NCBI GenBank assembly: GCA_002269645.1
Contig: NIVC01000070.1
Location: 868,001 to 932,000, forward strand
DNA from: Macrostomum lignano
Taxonomy: Eukaryota
Length of the DNA: 64,000 bases
Reading direction: 5' to 3'
Shown here in pieces: positions 12,691 to 22,891 of the stretch (its first letter is position 1; the number at the start of each line of letters is the position of its first letter). The translations under genes and the position numbers were made by a program. The notes under the pieces are model-generated. The model was not told where the DNA came from. It ran no database searches and saw only the letters and a list, made by a program, of their open reading frames with translations.

Positions 12691-14096
12691 CTATTTAGGG
12701 GGATTGTCTTTTATCTTTGTGAAAGCTTTATTTTGTTGTCTTTTTGTTAATTTTATAAAGAAAGATTCGTAGCAAATATCTTTGTCCATGACAATTTTAC
12801 TCAAATATAAAGTGATTTATAAAACTAAAGAAGGAATTGGTTCTGAAGAAAATATGATCTTTGAATTGTTTTCCATGACAAAGTTTTGCTCTTTGCTTAT
12901 TGGGCACCCCAATAGGGGCACTAGATTGCTAGTTAGTATCTGTAACTAAGCCTAGCCTAGCTAATATAATAATAGATTATTATTAATGTTGTAACACTTT
13001 TTGGCTTTGCAACTATAGACCTTATGCTATAGTCTATAGTCTAAATTTGAATATATATTACTATTCAAATATTAACATAGGGCCTATGTAGTCTAGGCGC
13101 CTAGTTTATTTATAAGATCAAAAATATATAGATATCAATTCAATTCAAAATCAATTAGACAAATTTTTTATATTAGGAAGTTCTTTAGGCTTTGAATATA
13201 TATGGTATCATCCTAAAAAGGCTTTTTTAAATATTGATTTTATATTTATTGAATAGATTAGTAGAATATTTTGTGCTCCATAGCCTACTTAAGAAGCTAA
13301 CAAATGCACGTTAAAACCAGTTTTTTTCTACTGGCACAAAAAATAAGATGTGAAATTTAAGGTCCAATTTCAAGATGAAATATGGAAATCAGGATATTAA
13401 ATAGCATTCCTATTGCTTAAAAAACGAAGTGTGTTTTTTATAATACTAGTACTATGATACAAACTTGCATCCAATGTCTAATTTAAGGATGCAATTTTGA
13501 AAGTCAAGATGCTATAGCATCCCTTTCACAAAAAAATAAACCTAGGTCAAAACAAAGTGTTGATATTGGCTAAGGCCTAACTAATTGCATGCCAATATAT
13601 GCCAAAAAACTAAAATTGTGTATTAGAATAACCAAAAAGGTGTTTTTAGGTAAAAATTTCTCTTAAAAGTTTAATCAAGTGGTAGGCCTAGATTATTTTT
13701 TCTATGCTAGACTTTCTAGACCTAAATACTTGAATATGCTTCATGATATACGCTTTCTAACTTGAGCTAGGGGTGTGGTTTAATCTGAATGATAGTGAAT
13801 TTGGGCCTGATAAAGTCAATCTAGTCATATCACTGCAGGCCATATTAGGCTGGAGAGGAGATGGAATCAAGGAGAGAGATGAGATGAGAGTGAGGATAAG
13901 AGGGGAGAAGAGAGCTGAGAATAGAGATTAACTTTTAGCGGGCCAGATTAGGATTGTGAAGTTTTAAAAGACCCGAGGACCAGTTAGAGAGGCTTCGTGG
14001 GTTGGAGTTTTTAGAATTTGAATCAGCAGCCTTCAAAAGCCTCATCAGCATAGCCATATCTAAAACTGTTGCCCCCTGTCGCGGCCGTGATTGCAG

Positions 14097-17000
14097 ATGT
14101 CGGACGCGTCGCTTGAGCAGTCGCTAAAGCTGCTCCGTGAAGAGGCTGGCATGGTGTGCCACAGCGCCAGCAGTCACGTGATCATCGTATTTGGCGCCTC
14201 TGGCGATCTAGCCAAGAAGAAGATCTATCCAACTCTGTGGTGGCTGTTCAGAGACAAACTGCTGCCATCCAACACTCACTTTGTTGGCTACTCGCGGTCT
14301 AATCTCACCGTAGACAATCTCCGATCCAATGCCATGCCCTATTTAAACGCCAAGGACTCCGAATGGACTCAACTGGACGAGTTCTTCAAGCGCAATTCAT
14401 ACGTTCAAGGCAGTTACGACAAGCCGGAAGATTTTATCCGTTTAAACAAATTTATTGTGGATAATTTCTCGGCTTGCTCGAATCGATTGTTTTACCTGGC
14501 TACACCGCCGTCTCAGTTCATCAGCGTAGCAACTAATTTGAAGGCTCACTGCACCGCTGAATCGGACGGCCTGTGGAATCGGCTGATTGTTGAAAAGCCG
14601 TTTGGCAAAGATCTAGATTCTAGCGAAGTGCTGGCCAAGCACCTGTCCAGCTTGTTCAGCGAGGACCAGATCTATCGCATTGATCACTACCTGGGCAAGG
14701 AGATGGTGCAGAATGTTGTCGTGCTGAGATTTGCTAACCGGGTGTTCAGCCCGTTGTGGAATCGCGACAATATCGCCAATGTTGTCGTCACATTCAAAGA
14801 GAACTTCGGCACCGAAGGTCGAGGCGGCTACTTTGACGAGTTTGGCATCATTAGAGACGTGATGCAGAATCATCTGCTGCAGATTCTGTGCCTCATCGCT
14901 ATGGAACGGCCAATTTCTATGGAGGCTAATGATATTCGCGATGAGAAGGTATTGATTTTGTTAGTCAAGTTGAAGTCTACAGAATGAAGATAGGTTGGGC
15001 CATAGACAACTTGCAAATTTCTAATTGTGACTAAAGTCGAAACCTGCGGCGTAGCAGGGCTTGCCATAGACTATCGCTACCACTTTACTACTCTAAGTCC
15101 TTCCAGAAAATCCTTCCAGCTGAGAAGGGAGTGTTTTGCGATGAGAGTCGTCTCCAAAATCTCCCACAAGAGAATCGTCTCCAAAATCTCCCAAGAGAAT
15201 CAATCACCTCCGAAATCTCCCAGAGAATCGTCTCCAAAATCTCCCCCAAGAGAATCGTCTCCAAAATCTCCCCAGCGAATCGCCTCCAAAATCTCCCGGA
15301 GAATCGCCCTTTTAAACTAAACCTTCACCTCTCCCTACAGGTAAAAGTGCTTCGCTGCATGCGTCCCCTGAGCCTGGACGATGTTGTTGTCGGGCAGTAC
15401 GTGGCGGACCCGGAGAACGGCAAGCCGGGCTACCTGGACGATCCCACTGTGCCTGCCGGGTCCATAACGCCCACTTACGCTGTGGCCGCTCTGTATGTTG
15501 ATAACGAGCGTTGGCAGGTAAGAATGATTGACAATTTTGATCTTAAGTTAGAATATGTGTGAGATCTCCTGTTAGAATCTGTGTGAGACCTCATGTTGTA
15601 ATCTGTGTGAGATCTCATGTTAGAATATGTGTGAGATCTCATGTTGTAATCTGTGTGAGATCTCCTGTTAGAATCTGTGTGAGACCTCATGTTAGAATCC
15701 GTATGAGATCTCCTGTTAGAATCTGTGTGAGACCTCATGTTAGGATCTGTGTGTGCGATCTCATGTGTGAGACCTCATGTTAGAATCCGTATGAGATATT
15801 CATTATCAGAGTCTGGCTTTGTTAGAATTAGTGCGATACTTTAAGCCCAAATCTAACTGTGAGATCTCATGTCTCACCCTGGCTGAGATTTGAGTCGTCG
15901 TATCACTTTTCAAAAGCATTTCGGTTGCACAGCTGTGCAGTTAACCTGTGTGACGCAGTCTCTTAAAGAGTGGAATTAATATTTAATGCTCAACACAGAC
16001 TTAAAGTTACTGTAAGATAAGATTAAGGTTAAAGGCCAGTCCAAAACGAAGGAATATTCAATGTTATTGTACAATTCACATTCGCCAGAAAGTCAGTGAG
16101 AACTTGAGGTTTATCGTATGCTCGTATGATAGGAAATAACCTTTTTCTGAAAAATACTTGCTTGCCCTAGATTTTCGTAAGCTAAAATAATCATTGTATA
16201 TCTGCACCCAGATATTGATAACTGGATATTCTATCAGATTCCTAACTTTGTCTGATTCTGTCCTGTATCTGTCCTTTGTGCAGACACAAATGCCTGTCTG
16301 CATTTGTGTCTGCCTGTCTGCATTTGTGTCTGCCTGTCTGCATTTGTGTCTGCCTGTCTGCATTTGTGTCTGCCTGTCTGTATTTGTGTCTGCCTGTCTG
16401 TATTTGTGTCTGCCTGTCTGTATTTGTGTCTGCCTGTCTGTATTTGTGTCTGCCTGTCTGTATTTGTGTCTGCCTGTCTGTATTTGTGTCTGCCTGTCTG
16501 TATTTGTGTCTGCCTGTCTGTATTTGTGTCTGTCTGTCTGTATTTGTGTCTGCCTGTCTGTATTTGTGTCTGTCTGTCTGTATTTGTGTCTGCCTGTCTG
16601 TATTTGTGTCTGTCTGTCTGTATTTGTGTCTGCCTGTCTGTATTTGTGTCTGTCTGTCTGCATTTGCGTCTGCCTGTCTGTATTTGTGTCTGCCTGTCTG
16701 TATTTGTGTCTGCCTGTCTGTATTTGTGTCTGCCTGTCTGCATTTGTGTCTGTCTGTCTGTATTTGTGTCTGCCTGTCTGTATTTGTGTCTGTCTGTCTG
16801 CATTTGCGTCTGCCTGTCTGTATTTGTGTCTGCCTGTCTGTATTTGTGTCTGCCTGTCTGTATTTGTGTCTGCCTGTCTGCATTTGTGTCTGCCTGTCTG
16901 TATTTGTGTCTGCCTGTCTGTATTTTGCCCGACTGTCTTCCTGTCTGCCTCCATGTCTTAGTGGTCTTTGTCTGGTATGTGCTGTGCTTGCCACACGTAC

Positions 17001-17588
17001 AGCTGTTGATAACTACGCCCGTGCCTGCTGTATCCATCTGTCCCACTTTCTTTCCCTAAACTCCAGGGCGTCCCATTCATAGTCCGGGCTGGCAAAGCGC
17101 TCAACGAGAAGAAGTGCGAAGTCCGCATCCAGTTCAAAGACGTGATAGCGGACATCCTGCCTAGCGGAGCCGTCCACCGCAACGAGCTGGTGCTGCGCGT
17201 GCAACCGAACGAAGCGGTGTACATGAAGCTCATGACCAAGCGGCCCGGCATGGGCTTCGGCGCCGAGGAGACTGAGCTCGACCTCACCTACAACCGCCGA
17301 TTCACCGATCTGAAATTGCCGGACGCCTACGAGCGCCTGCTGTTGGACGTCCTGGTTGGGTCGCAGATTAATTTTGTCCGAACGGACGAATTGCGCGAAG
17401 CCTGGCGCGTCTTCACTCCGGCGTTGCACGCGCTCGAATCGCAGCGGGTGGCGCCGCATCCCTACCCGTACGGTGTGCGCAACGGGCCGCCGCAGTCGGA
17501 CGAGTTCATGCGCCGGCTGGGGTTCACCTTCAGCGGGCAGTATTTCTACCCGCATGGGGGCAGCGGCGCTGGGCCAGTCAAACAGTGA
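14097..17588 (+). CDS. G6PD: Glucose-6-phosphate 1-dehydrogenase, about 516 aa
   Basis: Exons 14097-14948, 15341-15517, 17067-17588, both introns phase 0 and GT-AG. Motifs [64 protein letters not shown]. Confidence 0.98.
15140..15305. repeat. About 21-bp tandem repeat (AGAATCGTCTCCAAAATCTCCC-like) in G6PD intron 1
   Basis: Roughly seven imperfect units. Confidence 0.85.
15545..15800. repeat. 24-bp tandem repeat (GAGATCTCATGTTAGAATCTGTGT) in G6PD intron 2
   Basis: About ten units; contains the palindrome TGAGATCTCA. Confidence 0.9.
16280..16925. repeat. 20-bp minisatellite (TATTTGTGTCTGCCTGTCTG)n in G6PD intron 2
   Basis: About 32 near-identical units. Confidence 0.97.
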
Positions 17589-17664
17589 GTCAGTGAGTGA
17601 GCATTCTGTGTGCTGTTGTATTGATGGGGATCTTGCAAGTTGGGCTGTGTTAGCTGACAGCTCA

Positions 17665-18560
17665 CCAACCTACTCAAATCCTCACACTGTCCCTACTCAA
17701 CTCACCACCCTACTCAGATCCTCACACTGACCCTACTCAACTCACCACCCTACTCAGATCCTCACACTGACCCGTCACCCACTACCCTACTCAAATCCTC
17801 ACACTGACCCACCACCCTACTCAAATCCTCATACTGAGCCACCACCCTACTCAGATCCTCACACTGACCCACCACCCTACTCAGATCCTCACACTGACCC
17901 ACCACCCTACTCAAATCCTCATACTGAGCCACCACCCTACTCAGATCCTCACACTGACCCACTACCCTACTCAAATCCTCACACTGACCCACCACCCTAC
18001 TCAGATCCTCACACTGACCCACCACCCTACTCAAATCCTCATACTGAGCCACCACCCTACTCAGATCCTCACACTGACCCACCACCCTACTCAAATCCTC
18101 AAACTGACCCACCACCCTACTCAAATCCTCACACTGACCCACTACCCTACTCAAATCCTCACACTGACCCACTACCCTACTCAAATCCTCACACTGACCC
18201 ACCGCCCTACCCACATCCTCACACTGACCCACCACCCTACTCAAATCCTCACACTGACCCGTCACCCTACTTAAATCCTCACACTGACCCGTCACCCTAC
18301 TCAAATCCTCACACTGACCCACCGCCCTACCCACATCCTCACTGACCCACCACCCTACTCAAATCCTCACACTGACCCGTCACCCTACTTAAATCCTCAC
18401 ACTGACCCGTCACCCTACTCAAATCCTCACACTGACCCACCACCCTACTCAATTCCTCACTGACCCGTCACCCTACTTAAATCCTCACACTAACCCGTCT
18501 CACACTGACCCACCACCCTACCCAGATCCTCACACTGACCCGTCCCCCACTACCCTACTA
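17665..18560. repeat. 30-bp minisatellite (TCAAATCCTCACACTGACCCACCACCCTAC)n downstream of the G6PD stop
   Basis: About 29 units. Confidence 0.97.
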
Positions 18561-19334
18561 AAACTTCAAGTTAACCCATAATCTACCCAAAACAATAATT
18601 GCAGGCCCAGTGACAGAGCTGCTGATTCAAAGCCGCCCAGTAAGCTGTGTAAGCCTGTCTAACTCGAGTATGGTATGCAAATCCGAGTTCTCAATATTCG
18701 AAGCATGTTGCTTTATAATGTTTTCTTTTACTTTCATTGACCCTTTCAGAAGTGGCCTGACAAACTCAACAGAGGCATCAATTGAATTCTAGAAAAAAAC
18801 ATTTTGACTTTTTCATTCATCAATGTAAATTAGTATATCATATATTTCGAATTTGTATTAATTATTTAGCTAGTTCTAGTAAAAACAAAGTTCTGTTGAA
18901 ACAATTTTATATTGATAGTAGTTTACCAAAATTATTTCGACCAAATTTTAAGGTTAATCCATGATATAAGACTTTGTTTTATTAGAGTAGTTGATAGATA
19001 ATTACTTTTCATACACCGGTAAAATGCGGCCAAGACAATGGAGCTCAGCACTCTGAATGTACATAAATAATATTCAGTAAATTTCTAGCTAATATTTATG
19101 TTGTACTAGGGCAGTACCTGTGTCTGACATTACTATATTTTTAGCTGTTTTTGATGTTGTATTGTTCTTGTATTCTGATTCAAAATTTTATTCTATTTTA
19201 TTTGTTTGCTTTCTATCAATAAATTATCGCAGACTAGAATATTTTTTATTTCTTACGATTGTAAATTTGTACGACTTGTTCACTTAACCATTGCTTAAAC
19301 AACACTAGAATTTGCAGAATCAGTTAGTCTTGTG

Positions 19335-19700
19335 CTCGGATCCTCAGTTGCTGAGCCACCAGCCTCCCAGATCCTCAGTTGCTAGGTCACTAGCAGCCTC
19401 CCAGATCCTCAGTTGCTAGGTCCAGCCTCCCAGATCCAGCTCAGTTGCTGGTCCAGCCTCCCAGATCCTCAGTTGCTGGGCCAGCCTCCCAGATCCTCAG
19501 TTGCTAGGCCACCAGCCTCCCAGATCCTCAGTTGCTGGGCCAGCCTCCCAGATCCTCAGTTGCTGGGCCACCAGCCTCCCAGATCCTCAGTTGCTGGGCC
19601 AGCCTCCCAGATCCTCAGTTGCTAGGCCACCAGCCTCCCAGATCCTCAGTTGCTGGGCCACCGCCCTCTCAGATCCTCAGTTGCTGGGCCAGCCTCCCAA
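19335..19700. repeat. 28/31-bp minisatellite (CAGTTGCTGGGCCAGCCTCCCAGATCCT)n, array 1
   Basis: About 12 units; same unit and orientation as the array at 26447-27235. Confidence 0.95.
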
Positions 19701-19763
19701 CTCCCCACTCCATTCATACACAGCAACCTGTTCCTCACCGCAGCCACAATAATAACCAGCACT

Positions 19764-20678
19764 ATGGAAGTCATCGTTCTTCGAGCCAACGATGGTCGCG
19801 TAATTGAGAGCTTCACCGGCGTCTCAGCGGACAGCACCATCGACGACCTGAAGCAGTTATTCACCCAGCGCCAGCCGAAGTACTACCCGGACAGGCAGAG
19901 CTTCCGCAAAGAGAAAACCGCCCGATCCTTGCCGGGAAATTCTAAACTGGGCGAGCTGGCCGGCTCTGCCAAGTCTCTGTCGGTTTATTTCAAAGATCTG
20001 GGTCCCCAGATTGGCTGGACAACCGTGTTTGTTGCCGAGTACACCGGTCCGCTAATTGTTTACCTGCTGTTCTACCTGAGGCCGGCCATTGTCTATGGGC
20101 CGGAGGCTGGCAAAGCTCCCATGCACTGGATAGTGAAGGCCGCGGCCGCCTGCTGGATCGGGCACTATGCCAAGCGCCTGCTGGAGACGGTGTTCGTGCA
20201 CCGCTTCTCTCACGGCACCATGCCATGGCGCAATCTGTTCAAAAACTGCTCCTACTATTGGGGCTTCGCCGCCTTCGTTGCCTACTTTGTTAACCATCCG
20301 CTGTACACCGCGCCAGCCGACTCGCAGGCAATTGCCGCTCTGGTCACTTTTGTGTTCTGCCAGCTGGGCAACCTCAGCTGCCATGTGGCGTTGAGGAACC
20401 TCCGACCGCCGGGTACGCGAGTGCGTAAAATTCCCAGGCCCACTGCTAATCCTTTCACCTGGCTGTTCGGCCTGGTCTCCTGCCCGAATTACACCTACGA
20501 GTTTGGGTCTTGGCTATCGTTCACGGTTGCTACCCAGTGCCTGCCGGCTGGCCTGTTCACCCTGGCCGGCGCCTACCAGATGACCGTCTGGGCGCTCGGC
20601 AAGCACCGGAACTACCGGCGCGAATTTGCCTCGGATTATCCAAGGGGCCGGCGCGCCATCTTCCCGTTCGTGCTGTAG
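19764..20678 (+). CDS. TECR: Very-long-chain trans-2,3-enoyl-CoA reductase, intronless, 304 aa
   Basis: N-terminal ubiquitin-like segment (TIDDLKQLF...YYPDRQSFR), then KDLGPQIGWTTVFVAEYTGPL, HYAKRLLETVFVHRFSHGTMP, NLFKNCSYYWGF, VSCPNYTYE, C-terminal YPRGRRAIFPFVL. ATG 19764 taken as start; the longer ORF from 19650 is repeat-derived. Confidence 0.96.
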   Translation: MEVIVLRANDGRVIESFTGVSADSTIDDLKQLFTQRQPKYYPDRQSFRKEKTARSLPGNSKLGELAGSAKSLSVYFKDLGPQIGWTTVFVAEYTGPLIVYLLFYLRPAIVYGPEAGKAPMHWIVKAAAACWIGHYAKRLLETVFVHRFSHGTMPWRNLFKNCSYYWGFAAFVAYFVNHPLYTAPADSQAIAALVTFVFCQLGNLSCHVALRNLRPPGTRVRKIPRPTANPFTWLFGLVSCPNYTYEFGSWLSFTVATQCLPAGLFTLAGAYQMTVWALGKHRNYRREFASDYPRGRRAIFPFVL

Positions 20679-20859
20679 GGGGCTGCGGCAACTCTGGGAT
20701 TGTCCGTTTTCTCTATTAATTTAGCGCAGTTTTTTAAATAGACTAGTAGTCCATGTAGCATTCCTTTGATTGAAACTGTACGCTTGTTGTTGAGTAGGTT
20801 GAAAGTCAATTAACTAGGGAAGCAGTCTATGTCTATCCCGTTTGTTTTTATAGTTTTTT

Positions 20860-20869
20860 AATAAATAAA
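20860..20869 (+). terminator. Overlapping AATAAA polyadenylation signals after TECR
   Basis: AATAAATAAA about 180 nt after the stop codon, preceded by a T-rich tract. Confidence 0.5.
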
Positions 20870-21104
20870 TATATCTCTCTCTCTCCAACCAAAGCCAGTC
20901 AAAACAGGCAAAATAATATAATATTGAATTGGTTCAAACTTTGAATGATTTAACTAAATATATATCTAGCTATAGACCTCCTCATGACGTTGGAACTGAT
21001 GCCACTGTTGTCTTTTAATTTCATCATTTTAACAAATTGTTAATATTTAAGTTAGAGTTCAGCAGATTTCTCGGTTTAGTAAAGGTTGCGGGTCTTATCA
21101 TGAG

Positions 21105-22825
21105 ATTTCGAGTCTCACCATAAGATTTGAGGCCTCATCATGAGCTTTCTGGTCTCATGATGAGATTTAAGGTCTCATCATGAGATTTTTTGTCTCATCA
21201 TAAGATTGCGGGTCTCATCATGAGATTGCGGGTCTCATCATGAGATTTCAGGTCTCATCCCGAGATTTCATGTCTCATCATGAGATTTCAGGTCTCATCT
21301 TGAGATTTCATGTCTCATCATGAGATTTCAGGTCTCATCTTGAGATTTCAGGTCTCATCATGAGATTTCATGTCTCATCATGAGATTTCAGGTCTCATCT
21401 TGAGATTTCATGTCTCATAATAAGATTGCGGGTCTCATCATGAGATTTCATGTCTCATCATGAGATTTCAGGTCTCATCTTGAGATTTCATGTCTCATCA
21501 TAAGATTGCGGGTCTCATCATGAGATTGCGGGTCTCATCATGAGATTGCGGGTCTCATCATGAGATTTCAGGTCTCATCTCGAGATTTCATGTCTCATCA
21601 TGAGATTTCAGGTCTCATCCCGAGATTCCAGGTCTCATCATAGGATTGCAGGTCTCATCATAGGATTGCAGGTCTCATCTTGAGATTTCATGTCTCATCG
21701 TGAGATTTCATGTCTCATCATGAGATTTCAGGTCTTATCTTGAGATTTCAGGTCTCATCATGAGATTGAGATTTCATGTCTCATCATGAGATTTCAGGTC
21801 TCATCTTGAGATTTCATGTCTCATAATAAGATTGCGGGTCTCATCATGAGATTTCATGTCTCATCATGAGATTTCAGGTCTCATCATGAGATTTCAGATC
21901 TCATCTTGAGATTTCATGTCTCATCATAAGATTGCGGGTCTCATCATGAGATTGCGGGTCTCATCATGAGATTTCAGGTCTCATCCCGAGATTTCATGTC
22001 TCATCATGAGATTTCAGGTCTCATCTTGAGATTTCATGTCTCATCATGAGATTTCAGGTCTCATCTTGAGATTTCATGTCTCATTATGAGATTTCATGTC
22101 TCATCATGAGATTTCATGTCTCATCATAAGATTGCGGGTCTCATCATGAGATTGCGGGTCTCATCATAGGATTGCAGGTCTCATCTTGAAAGTTCATGTC
22201 TCATCATGAGATTTCAGGTCTCATCATTAGATTTCAGATCTCATCATGAGATTTCATGTCTCATCATGAGATTTCATGTCTCATCATGAGATTTCATGTC
22301 TCATCATGAGATTTCAGGTCTCATCTTGAGATTTCATGTCTCATAATAAGATTGCGGGTCTCATCATGAGATTTCATGTCTCATCATGAGATTTCAGGTC
22401 TCATCATGAGATTTCAGATCTCATCTTGAGATTTCATGTCTCATCATAAGATTGCGGGTCTCATCATGAGATTGCGGGTCTCATCATGAGATTGCGGGTC
22501 TCATCATGAGATTTCAGGTCTCATCCCGAGATTTCATGTCTCATCATGAGATTCAGGTCTCATCTTGAGATTTCATGTCTCATCATGAGATTTCAGGTCT
22601 CATCTTGAGATTTCATGTCTCATTATGAGATTTCATGTCTCATCATGAGATTTCATGTCTCATCATAAGATTGCGGGTCTCATCATGAGATTGCGGGTCT
22701 CATCATAGGATTGCAGGTCTCATCTTGAAAGTTCATGTCTCATCATGAGATTTCAGGTCTCATCATTAGATTTCAGATCTCATCATGAGATTTCATGTCT
22801 CATCATGAGATTTCATGTCTCATCA
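21105..22825. repeat. 20-bp minisatellite (TCATCATGAGATTTCAGGTC)n between TECR and UBR7
   Basis: About 85 units with variant spacers (TTTCAGG, TTTCATG, TTGCGGG). Confidence 0.97.
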
Positions 22826-22891
22826 TAAGTTTGCCGGTCTTATTAAGTCTCAACTATCAAAGCAATTTCATCCCGACAGCCAGCAGTTGTC

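Noticed and set aside
9801-12750. ORFs of 800+ aa in all three + frames
   Set aside because: The 18-bp unit has no stop in any + frame; translations (DACYLQ/MLVICR/CLLSAG) are artefacts of the minisatellite.
16076-18334. Long ORFs on both strands in G6PD intron 2 and downstream of the gene
   Set aside because: Derived from 20-bp and 30-bp tandem repeats; the G6PD frame is complete without them.
19650-19763. N-terminal extension of TECR in the ORF track
   Set aside because: Starts at a TTG within the 28-bp array; homology begins at ATG 19764.
14097-20678. G6PD/TECR as bacterial contamination or horizontal transfer
   Set aside because: G6PD has spliceosomal introns and animal-type motifs; TECR is a eukaryotic family. 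Intronlessness alone is not evidence of HGT or of a retrocopy (no poly-A tail or TSD seen).
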